This document shows, one piece after another, positions 9,244 through 17,714 of a DNA stretch of 64,000 bases. The stretch's first letter is position 1. Every line of letters starts with the position of its first letter. Where the stretch lies: the NCBI GenBank assembly GCA_965240465.1, contig OZ251219.1, positions 1,216,001-1,280,000 on the forward strand. The letters run 5' to 3'. The stretch is from a bacterium. GTDB lineage: Bacteria; SAR324; JACQKK01. A program made the position numbers and the translations under genes. The notes under the pieces were generated by a model. The model was not told where the DNA came from, did not search any database, and saw nothing but the letters and a program-made list of their open reading frames with translations.

Positions 9244-11238
9244 TTATAGGGCTGTTTTAATGGGAGGGAGGGGGAGGGGGGGGCTGCGAGGGGCATGTAG
9301 CAGTGCCAACAGGGTACCTAGTGCCAGAAATGGAAAGGAGAGCCAGATCATCAGTACCAGTGGATTTAACAATACTCTCAAGGTTATGGAGTTGTCATCG
9401 TTTTCTGAAGTTAGCACGATGTAGAGGTCTTGTGTAAGGGTGCGGTGGATGGCGACTTCGGTGAGTGGTTCGGGTTGGGTGGAATAGAAGCTACGGGCGG
9501 GTTTAAGAGTTTTGATTTTTTTTCCATTGCGAAAGATTTCCAATTCGGCATAGCGGAGGCGTACATTTTGCTGCTTTTCTTCGTTGAGTTGGCGGAAGTT
9601 TAGTTGATAAGCACCAGCCTCGGCTACCTGACCTGGGAGCATGGTAAAGAAGAATTCCTGCTTAAAGAAATTCCCAGCTAGTCCGATGAATAACACTACC
9701 ACTCCCAGATGAACCAAAGCACTGCCCGATTTTTGGCGATCGCGTTTGATGACATCCCTTAAGGCACGCGATAGGCTTAAGGAGCGTTGGCGAGCGAGGA
9801 GACGCACATGCTTGAAATAATCCGATAACAAGATGCTGGCAGTAAATCCTGCAATGGCGAATATCAGCAAGGCTGCCGCCGAACGTACTCCGCTGGCGAA
9901 GCCACTAGCTCCTACTAGAATGGCTACCAGAAAAGGTATTCGTGCATTGTGTAGTAATAGTTCTCCGCTGGAGCGATGCCAAGCTGCGAGATGTCCTAAG
10001 CCCATTAGCAACAGCAAGCCAATTCCTAGGGGAGCGGTTATCGTGTTAAAGAAGGGTGCCTGAATGGAGATCCTGACTCCCACTAGGGCTTCTGCCAGCA
10101 ACGGAAATATGGTACCCAGCAATACCGTGAAGGCTAATCCCATCAAAAGAAGGTTGTTTAACAGGAAGGCACTTTCGCGGCTGAGTAGATGATCTGCGGT
10201 ATGCTGAGATTCCAGCTGCTTAATTCTCCAACATAGCAACCAGAAGCTGCCAATCAGTATCACTGCTAAGAAGCCCAAAAACAGGGGGCCAATCTCGGAT
10301 TCTGCAAATGAATGTACCGAATTCAGTACTCCAGAGCGAACGATGAAGGTCCCCAAAATGCTGAGTGAAAAGGTGATAATAATTAAGGCGAGGTTCCACA
10401 CTTTCATCATGTGGCGTCGCTGTTGCAAAATCACGGAATGCAAAAACGCGGTGCTAGTGAACCAGGGTAATAAAGCCGAATTCTCTACGGGATCCCAACC
10501 CCAGTAGCCTCCCCAGCCAAGTTCTTCATAAGCCCATTGCCCGCCTAGCATCAAACCGCAGGTCAGGGAAAACCAAGCTACCAGCGTCCAACGGCGGGTA
10601 CTATTTACCCAGTCATTGTTGAGTTTGCCACTGATGAGGCTGGCAATCGCAAATGCAAAGGGTACGCTAAATCCAATATAACCCAAATACAGCATAGGAG
10701 GATGAATAGCCATAGCTGGATGTTGTAACAAGGGATTTAAACCACGACCATCGGTGGGAACGGGATGTTGCCAAACAATAGGATTGTTCCAAGTAAGCAA
10801 CAACAATAACAAAAATAACTGAATGGCATTCAAACAAACCAAAATCCAAGGATAAGTCTCATCATGCTTATCACGATGCAAATAAGCGGTCGCCGCCGCA
10901 AACCCCGATAGTATCAACTCCCAAAAGAGCAAAGAACCCTCCCGACCACCCCAAAAGGCAGCAAACTTGTAAAATAAGGGCAAATCTAAACTGGAATTCT
11001 CCCACACAAATCGCAGTGAAAAATCATCGGTGATCAAGGCACGCCACAAAACTAGGCTGGATAACAACACCAAACCAAAATTTAAATAAGTCGCCCGCCT
11101 AGCCGCTAAAACCAAATTCCCACTGTTACGATGTACCCCTAAAACTGGCATCCAAGTGCCACAAAAACTCACTCCCCACGCGGCTACCAAACTAAAATAC
11201 CCCACCTGATTCCAAAACTCGGTGCTTAATAATATCAA
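9244..11238 (-). CDS. ccmF: Heme lyase CcmF
   Basis: WGGREGSLLFW, GLNPLLQHP, HPPMLYLGY and WGGYWGWDPVEN motifs. Confidence 0.97.
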   Translation of the reverse strand: MILLSTEFWNQVGYFSLVAAWGVSFCGTWMPVLGVHRNSGNLVLAARRATYLNFGLVLLSSLVLWRALITDDFSLRFVWENSSLDLPLFYKFAAFWGGREGSLLFWELILSGFAAATAYLHRDKHDETYPWILVCLNAIQLFLLLLLLTWNNPIVWQHPVPTDGRGLNPLLQHPAMAIHPPMLYLGYIGFSVPFAFAIASLISGKLNNDWVNSTRRWTLVAWFSLTCGLMLGGQWAYEELGWGGYWGWDPVENSALLPWFTSTAFLHSVILQQRRHMMKVWNLALIIITFSLSILGTFIVRSGVLNSVHSFAESEIGPLFLGFLAVILIGSFWLLCWRIKQLESQHTADHLLSRESAFLLNNLLLMGLAFTVLLGTIFPLLAEALVGVRISIQAPFFNTITAPLGIGLLLLMGLGHLAAWHRSSGELLLHNARIPFLVAILVGASGFASGVRSAAALLIFAIAGFTASILLSDYFKHVRLLARQRSLSLSRALRDVIKRDRQKSGSALVHLGVVVLFIGLAGNFFKQEFFFTMLPGQVAEAGAYQLNFRQLNEEKQQNVRLRYAELEIFRNGKKIKTLKPARSFYSTQPEPLTEVAIHRTLTQDLYIVLTSENDDNSITLRVLLNPLVLMIWLSFPFLALGTLLALLHAPRSPPLPLPPIKTAL

Positions 11239-11267
11239 TTCTGATGCCCTTGCTTTCTCATGCTCAA

Positions 11268-11337
11268 CTAACGGATTCTGCTAATGGATTCTGCTAACGG
11301 ATTTCGCTAATGGATTCTGCTAATGGATTTCGCTAAT
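11268..11337. repeat. Tandem repeat, 13-bp unit CTAAYGGATTYYG x5
   Basis: Read directly; lies between ccmE and ccmF. Confidence 0.9.
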
Positions 11338-11339
11338 AA

Positions 11340-11789
11340 TTATTTGGATAACAAACTTTTATAGAGCAGTTTCTTATCGGCATGCCAAGTTTCGTCTGCT
11401 TGGTATTCCTCGCTATGCTTGACTAGTAGGCGTTCGGCCCGTAGCGTGCCATCTGCTTGCAGCCGACCTTCGGCTACCACTCCCTGTCCTTCCCTGAATA
11501 AATCGGGACGAGCCCCGACAAAATGTACCCGCAGCTCTTGCTGACCATCGGTCACCACGAATCTCAGGAGAACCTGCTGGGGATCCCAACTCACGCTACG
11601 CGGACGCACCAATCCGCCTATCCTCAGGCGACGACCAAGAAAACTGGCTGGCTCGGCTTGAACTTCGGCTGGAGTATGAAAAAATACCGCATTGTTCCAT
11701 CCTTGCCAAACTACGATCGCAAATATCGCCAGAGCCAGCAGACCATAAATGGCATATTGCAGCTGGTTCTTGCTCATTGCAATGCCCAT
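11340..11789 (-). CDS. ccmE: Heme chaperone CcmE
   Basis: RLRIGGLV, PDLFREGQGVVAEG and the KHSEEY heme-binding motif. Confidence 0.95.
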   Translation of the reverse strand: MGIAMSKNQLQYAIYGLLALAIFAIVVWQGWNNAVFFHTPAEVQAEPASFLGRRLRIGGLVRPRSVSWDPQQVLLRFVVTDGQQELRVHFVGARPDLFREGQGVVAEGRLQADGTLRAERLLVKHSEEYQADETWHADKKLLYKSLLSK

Positions 11790-11833
11790 TTATTTTTATA
11801 AAGGTTCAGTTAGTACCTATCTCTAGTTTTAGA

Positions 11834-12553
11834 CTAAACTTCTAAAGTTTGCTCGTCTAGGATTTCTTGTTCCCGAAGGACTTGCAAACGCAATCTAAGC
11901 AGAAACAAGTACCAAATGGTGAACACAAACATTGATGCCAATAAAGGCCAAAGCAATGATGGAGACATAGCAATACGCGGACCACCACTACCAATCTTAA
12001 ACAAGCTGGAAGGCTGATGCAACGTACGCCACCAGCTCACCGAAATATGCACTAAGGGAATGTTTAAAAACCCCACAATGCCTATGATGGCTGCCAATCG
12101 ACTCCGAACATCGCTATTTTCTCCAGCCAGCCGCAGTAAAACATAGGAGCAGTAAATCAACAGCAAGACCAGGGTAGTGGTCAAGCGGGCATCCCAGACC
12201 CAATATACGCCCCAAGTGGAGCGTCCCCAGATGGCACCGCTCGCCAAACCCAAAAAGCAGAACAATACTCCCACCTCGGCTGAAGATTTAGCTAAGCTAT
12301 CGGCTCTCTCGCTATCCTGCCACAAATACACAATGCTACTGACAAACACCACCGTAAAAGCCAAATAAGCCGTATAAATAGAAGGCACATGCACATACAT
12401 TATCTTTTGCAGAACACCCATTTCCACTGCAGGAGGAGTAAATAAAAATATCCACCCCCACACCAGAAACAAAAGCAATAAGCTGGCCACTCCCAGCAAA
12501 ACCGTGACTGCCCCCCCAACATTCATCCGTGCATCATCAAGTTTCTTATTCAT
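11834..12553 (-). CDS. ccmC: Heme exporter protein CcmC
   Basis: IMYVHVP, WGVYWVWDARLT (WWD motif) and WWRTLHQP; start uncertain. Confidence 0.93.
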   Translation of the reverse strand: MNKKLDDARMNVGGAVTVLLGVASLLLLFLVWGWIFLFTPPAVEMGVLQKIMYVHVPSIYTAYLAFTVVFVSSIVYLWQDSERADSLAKSSAEVGVLFCFLGLASGAIWGRSTWGVYWVWDARLTTTLVLLLIYCSYVLLRLAGENSDVRSRLAAIIGIVGFLNIPLVHISVSWWRTLHQPSSLFKIGSGGPRIAMSPSLLWPLLASMFVFTIWYLFLLRLRLQVLREQEILDEQTLEV

Positions 12554-12728
12554 TCGTCCAACACATCTCACATCTCTAACAAATCTCTAACACATCTCTA
12601 ACAAATCCCCGCCCAGATCGCCCTGAAAAACCTGACATATTCTAGTCTGAAACCATCATAAAAGATATGCTAGACCTCAATTGGATAAAAAACCTATCAA
12701 ATGCTTGACTAATGGCTTGACTAATGGC

Positions 12729-12757
12729 TTGACTAATGCCATCTGAGTATGTACTAT
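12729..12757 (+). promoter_or_regulatory. Putative sigma70 promoter TTGACT-N17-TACTAT
   Basis: Near-consensus hexamers with 17-bp spacer upstream of the lipoprotein gene; the -35 box lies in a 12-bp triplicated repeat. Confidence 0.5.
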
Positions 12758-12849
12758 GGGTCAGTGCTAACCGATGCATACCTTCACTGGGTGCATATTT
12801 GTATGCAATATGCTCGCTATTGACCGCCCGCGTCGTCAGAGGAGAACTA

Positions 12850-13317
12850 ATGAAAAATTATCTTTTAGGGGCATTCGTGGTGCTTTTGTTGACATCCTGC
12901 GTTGATGTGAGCGGCTCTGCATCTGCTACAAAAAGAGAAGAAGTGGTTCCGTCATATGAATACAAAGAGTGTAAATTAGAAAGGGTTGATTATAGTATTA
13001 CACTAATGAATTCTACCGGTACCGATAGAAAGTTGAGAATTGGTGATTCTACATCATCAAGTGGCTCTGTACGTAGCTCTGTTAGGTCCAGTGGTTTTTA
13101 TGTAGCCCAAATTTCCATCCGCGAAAGAGGTATATTGAGTATAACTGTCAAAAGTGATAACGGTAGATGGGAATTAATTTCAGCGAGCGACTGTTCTGAT
13201 TTTCACCCCTCTAGCACAACCGTAGCACCACTTGGAGCTTATTACTTAGTGGTGTATTCTCTGGCCGGTGGTGAACAAGTGCGATATTACTTTGAAGCTA
13301 CTCTAAGTAGTCCGTAG
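12850..13317 (+). CDS. Hypothetical lipoprotein
   Basis: GAGGAGA RBS before ATG at 12850; signal peptide with LLTSC lipobox. Confidence 0.75.
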   Translation: MKNYLLGAFVVLLLTSCVDVSGSASATKREEVVPSYEYKECKLERVDYSITLMNSTGTDRKLRIGDSTSSSGSVRSSVRSSGFYVAQISIRERGILSITVKSDNGRWELISASDCSDFHPSSTTVAPLGAYYLVVYSLAGGEQVRYYFEATLSSP

Positions 13318-13370
13318 TCATAGGTCACAGCCAGCCCTTCTTCGCAATGAGAGGGGGGTGGGTGAGGCTA

Positions 13371-14183
13371 TCAAGGTTTCGCGTGGCAGATGCGTCCATC
13401 TTGTAGCACTATCGTTTGACTAGCCAGTGGCTGGATAATTTCGGGCTGGTGGGAAGTTATCAGCACCGAGCCACCTATTTGCAAGTGATGGCGAATAATA
13501 TCCCTGAATTGAGTGCGGGCAGCGAGGTCTAGGTTGCTGAAGGGTTCATCCAGAAGCCAAATGCGGGGCTGATGTAAAAACAGTCGTGCCAAAGCTAAGC
13601 GTTGTATCATTCCCCGACTGAAATTGGCGACTGGCTCGGTAGCTACTGCTTGCAGTCTCAGGAGCTTGAGGGATTTCGCGACTACAGCTGGTGGCAAACC
13701 ATATAGGCCAGCCAGCAGTGATAGATTCTCCTTGGCACTAAGCTCCAAATAAAACCGATGCTCATGGGCAATCCAGCCGATATCTTGCCTCGCCCGAGCT
13801 GCTGCCTGTGACAGTAGTTCTCCTCGCCAGCGGATCTGCCCGAGGGCTAGTTTCTGTAGTCCACAGCAAGCTTGCAGCAGAGTGGTTTTACCAGCTCCAT
13901 TGGCACCCAATAGCAGACATAGTTGACCTTCCTTCAGGGTCATTGAAATGTTTTCAAGACCCCAGCCGCGGTTCCAGCGAACACCTATCTGGCTCAGCTG
14001 CAAGGGAGGGGCGTTCGAGTTTGGGGCAGTTGAGTTTGGGGCAGTTGAGTTTGGGGCGTTTGAGTTTGTATTGCAATCTGCAGTATTTTGGTACTCGGTA
14101 CTGCGAGAGCTGGTACTTTGCAAAGCAGTAGGCATGTTTTTTTGGTTTAGGCTGTGATAGTCTTGAATGGTTGTTGCTACCAT
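13371..14183 (-). CDS. ccmA: Heme ABC exporter ATPase CcmA
   Basis: GANGAGKTT Walker A, FSRGMIQR signature, WLLDEPF Walker B and ITSH; NSTAP repeats at the N-terminus; start uncertain. Confidence 0.85.
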   Translation of the reverse strand: MVATTIQDYHSLNQKNMPTALQSTSSRSTEYQNTADCNTNSNAPNSTAPNSTAPNSNAPPLQLSQIGVRWNRGWGLENISMTLKEGQLCLLLGANGAGKTTLLQACCGLQKLALGQIRWRGELLSQAAARARQDIGWIAHEHRFYLELSAKENLSLLAGLYGLPPAVVAKSLKLLRLQAVATEPVANFSRGMIQRLALARLFLHQPRIWLLDEPFSNLDLAARTQFRDIIRHHLQIGGSVLITSHQPEIIQPLASQTIVLQDGRICHAKP

Positions 14184-14261
14184 TTCAGATTAACATGGAG
14201 CAGCAGATAAGTGCCTTACTATCTTTTATGAGCGGCTGGCAATATCTCATAGGCGATTTTC

Positions 14262-15761
14262 TTGAACGTTGACAACCCTCAGCTCAGTTCTTTGCGGTCC
14301 CGTTCCCCAGAGGGATTACCTGCGAGTGTCCATTTGATTGGAATTTGTGGCACGGGGATGGCAGCCCTAGCCGCGGGATTACAAGCCCAAGGGGTGCGAG
14401 TTTCGGGTTCGGATGCTCGTAGGCAGCCTCCCATCAGTGAGTACTTGGACGCTCTCAAGATAAGCTTTAATCAGGGATATTGCCCTCAAAATTTGCCTGC
14501 TGAGGTGGATAGTATCGTGATCGGCAATGCGATTGTGAGCGATAATTCCGAAGCTCAAGCAGCCTTGAACAGCGGAAAGCCGTGCCTTTCCATGCCGCAT
14601 GCGGTGCGAGAATGGCTAATTCAGTCCCGCGATGCCTTGGTAGTGGTGGGTACCCATGGCAAGACTACCATCACTTCGTTAATGGCTCATGTGCTATCTG
14701 GTTTGGGAGAAGACCCTGGCTACTTGGTGGGGGGGATTTCTCGTGATTTACAAGGGGCAGGAGAGGGTCGTTGGTTCGTGGTGGAGGGCGATGAATATGA
14801 TAGTGCCTTTTTTGATAAGACCCCCAAGTTTTTTAAGTACCTACCTCATTGGTTGATATTCACTCAGCTGGAGTTTGACCATGCTGATATTTATTCTGAT
14901 CTGAGTGCCATCCGCGAGCAGTTTAGATTATTGTTACAGGGTCTCCCCGCCGATGGATTGCTAGTTGCCTGTTATGATGTTCCTGAGGTGCGTGCTTTGC
15001 TATCGGCATCCAACTGCGAGGTGGTGACCTATGGATTTGACCCTCAGGCTGATTTTCGTTTGCTGGATTGGCAAGCCGATGGCTGGTGGGGAACCTTTGG
15101 TACTAAAGGGGAGGGCGGTACTAAAGGGGAGGGCGGTACTAAAGGGGAGGGCAGTACTAAAGGGGAGGGCAGTACTAAAGGGGAGGGGCAAAATCGCTGG
15201 CGAATTCCCTTGGTCGGCAAGCACAATGCTCTGAATGCAGCCGCAACGATATTGGTAGCGCGGAGATTAGGATATTCAGCTGAGGATATTCAGTCGGTGC
15301 TAGCTAAGTTTTCAGGGGTGCGGCGGAGGATGGAGTTGCGTGGCGAAAAAAGAGGAATCTTGGTTCTGGATGATTTTGCTCATCATCCTACCGCAGTAGC
15401 TGTTGCCATTGAGGCGGCTTTGAAAGCTTGGCCTGAGCGTCGTTTATGGGCGGTATTTGAGCCTCGTAGTTGGACGGCTAGCAGTTCGTATTTCCAGCAG
15501 GAGTTTATCAAGGCATTTGAGGGAGCTCCACACGTAGTGATTGCTCCCGCATTTCGCTCAGCCGTGGGCGACAAACCTTTATTGGATGTTCAGGCCCTGG
15601 CGGATGCTCTAATTGCTCAGGGTCAAGATGCCCACAGCCCTACCGATACTAATGGCATTCTTAGCCTGCTTACCAAGCAACTACAAGCAGGAGACGCAGT
15701 ACTGATAATGTCCAATGGCGACTTTGAACAATTACATTCCCGCTTACTAGAAGCTCTTTAG
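14262..15761 (+). CDS. mpl: UDP-MurNAc:L-Ala-gamma-D-Glu-meso-DAP ligase (Mpl/MurC family)
   Basis: IGICGTGM, GTHGKTT, EGDEYDSAFFDK, DDFAHHPTA, FEPRS and MSNG motifs; TKGEGG x5 in-frame insert. Confidence 0.9.
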   Translation: MNVDNPQLSSLRSRSPEGLPASVHLIGICGTGMAALAAGLQAQGVRVSGSDARRQPPISEYLDALKISFNQGYCPQNLPAEVDSIVIGNAIVSDNSEAQAALNSGKPCLSMPHAVREWLIQSRDALVVVGTHGKTTITSLMAHVLSGLGEDPGYLVGGISRDLQGAGEGRWFVVEGDEYDSAFFDKTPKFFKYLPHWLIFTQLEFDHADIYSDLSAIREQFRLLLQGLPADGLLVACYDVPEVRALLSASNCEVVTYGFDPQADFRLLDWQADGWWGTFGTKGEGGTKGEGGTKGEGSTKGEGSTKGEGQNRWRIPLVGKHNALNAAATILVARRLGYSAEDIQSVLAKFSGVRRRMELRGEKRGILVLDDFAHHPTAVAVAIEAALKAWPERRLWAVFEPRSWTASSSYFQQEFIKAFEGAPHVVIAPAFRSAVGDKPLLDVQALADALIAQGQDAHSPTDTNGILSLLTKQLQAGDAVLIMSNGDFEQLHSRLLEAL

Positions 15762-15857
15762 CTATTTAGCTCCTTAGCTCTTTAGCTCCTTAGCTCTTTA
15801 GCTCTTTAGCTATTTAGCTCTTTAGCTATTTAGCTATTTAGCTCTTTAGCTATTTAG
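15752..15857. repeat. Tandem repeat, 8-bp unit AGCT(C/A)(T/C)TT x~13
   Basis: Read directly; begins across the mpl stop codon. Confidence 0.93.
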
Positions 15858-15939
15858 GAAGAAATGAGGGCGGGATGAGATGGGGGGAGATGGGCAGGGC
15901 AGGGCGGGGCGGGGGGGGTTAACAGGCAGGGCGGGGGGG

Positions 15940-16701
15940 TTAACAGGCGGTCCAGTGTACTCGCATGCCTTGACCAGAAAAAATTAGCTCGTCTATTCGG
16001 ACTCGCAATTTTTGCTGAAGGGGAATAACTAGCAAAATGCCCGGTCTAAAAGCAGGAATATAAGGCATTTCCATTATCCCTCGGCGGAGGTCAACATCGT
16101 TGATCAGCTCAGATTTTAGCTGTAAAGGCTGACCCACAAAGGGAGCACGCATCCAAGGTCCCCAATAAACACTACCATCTGGCAACTGACTCCAAACTGC
16201 CCCTGGCACCCCCCAAGCCTTCCCCACCAAAGATAATGCCTCCGAACCTAAATTACTCAGGTCAAACCTAGGACGCCTATTATTCAATAAGGACATCTCC
16301 TTAGGCATCACAAAGGTTAAACCACATTGCAAACCTATCTCAGCCACTACCTCGCGAGCATTGCAATCATCCATCTGCAAGTGTACCCGATTCCTCAGGG
16401 TATGCACCGCTTCTCGCACGTGGAGAATCCAATCGCTACTTCCTTTGCGTACCTGCCATACCACTCCTCTGATAACCTGATACCCCGCAGATCTCCCCGC
16501 ATCTCTCTCCCCCGCAGCTCCTCCTACTCCCACAAATAACTCCGCCAAAGCTCCCACTGGAGAACGACCCACCATGGGTACTCGCAATAGCCCCTCCCCC
16601 ACTCGTCCTAGACCCAAGCGAACTTGGTCTCCGCGTAGTTGGGCAATGCGACCATCTAGCAGCAGTCTTTTTTGTAATCTAAAAAGATTCTTTTTTTCCA
16701 T
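15940..16701 (-). CDS. Phage tail/baseplate-hub-like protein (HP1/K139-like myophage family), solitary
   Basis: Recalled similarity: LQKRLLLDG, GLTFVMP, ALSLVGKAWGVPGAVWSQLPDGSVYWG, IPAFRPG and terminal MRVHW; no search run. Confidence 0.55.
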   Translation of the reverse strand: MEKKNLFRLQKRLLLDGRIAQLRGDQVRLGLGRVGEGLLRVPMVGRSPVGALAELFVGVGGAAGERDAGRSAGYQVIRGVVWQVRKGSSDWILHVREAVHTLRNRVHLQMDDCNAREVVAEIGLQCGLTFVMPKEMSLLNNRRPRFDLSNLGSEALSLVGKAWGVPGAVWSQLPDGSVYWGPWMRAPFVGQPLQLKSELINDVDLRRGIMEMPYIPAFRPGILLVIPLQQKLRVRIDELIFSGQGMRVHWTAC

Positions 16702-16916
16702 TTGCCATCAGATATTTTTATCCTTCATTTTTGCGATGTGTTTTTACGACGTATTTTTGTGATGTATTTTTATGCTGTGTTTCTATAATGTATTTCTATA
16801 ATGTATCTTTATGACTTGCACCTATTTGATTATTATCTTAAAACAAGAGCAGGTCTTAGTAGTCCTATTTTTATTGATAAACACTTTTTTTGGTAATTAG
16901 TGTAGTCTTCGGTGTC

Positions 16917-17411
16917 ATGTCTCAAGAATTACTTAGCAAACTGGAAAGCAAAATCTCCCTAGCGGTGGATGCCATCAGAGAACTGCGTCAAGAGAACCAA
17001 ATCCTACGACAAGAAAGAACCACTCTGGAACAAAAATTACAAAGCCTGCTTGATAAAACCAGTGACCTCCAAAACACTGCTGAGGACATCAAAGAAAGCA
17101 CTCGCGACCAATCGGCTTTTAATTCCTCCAGCACAGAACAAGCTAATTCATTTACTCCAAATGATTTCAGCACTCCCTCCGATGATCAATCCCCTTCCAA
17201 TACTCCCGATAGATCCGCTGACGAACTACGCTCCAGCTTTGATTCAAACCTTCAAACACAGCTGGAAACACAACAAATAGCAGAAGCACCCGATAGTTCC
17301 ATTCTTACCGAAGACCCCGAACTGTCCGACCGACCGTCAGCCGATCTGCCGCCAGCCGATCTGCCGCCAGCCGATCTGCCAACCAGCTGGAGAAGTGGGG
17401 AGCAAGAGTAG
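16917..17411 (+). CDS. zapB: Cell division protein ZapB-like coiled coil with disordered C-terminal extension
   Basis: MSQELLSKLESKISLAVDAIRELRQEN...EQKLQSLL resembles ZapB; followed by an S/D/P-rich tail with ADLPP x3. Confidence 0.65.
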   Translation: MSQELLSKLESKISLAVDAIRELRQENQILRQERTTLEQKLQSLLDKTSDLQNTAEDIKESTRDQSAFNSSSTEQANSFTPNDFSTPSDDQSPSNTPDRSADELRSSFDSNLQTQLETQQIAEAPDSSILTEDPELSDRPSADLPPADLPPADLPTSWRSGEQE

Positions 17412-17518
17412 GACGCGGGAACAAGCGGGGAAAATCACAGGCACGGGAGGGTTGAGGGCGAAAAAGGGGATGCGAGAGGGTGGGGGGTGGGGGGTTGCGA
17501 GGGTGCGGGGAATAACAG

Positions 17519-17683
17519 GCGGGAATAAGGGAAAATCAGGTGCGGGAATAAGGGAAAATCAGGTGCGGGGATAAGGGAAAATCAGGCACGGGAGGGGCAG
17601 CCACTGATGCCTTGGCAGCCACTGATGCCTTGGCAGCCACTGCTGCCTTGGTAGCCACTGCTACCTCGGTAGCCACTACCTTG
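17519..17683. repeat. Two adjacent tandem arrays: 23-bp GCGGGAATAAGGGAAAATCAGGT x3 and 18-bp GGCAGCCACTGATGCCTT x~4.5
   Basis: Read directly from the sequence. Confidence 0.9.
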
Positions 17684-17714
17684 GACTGCTCCATACATAC
17701 TCTTTTCTGCCGTG

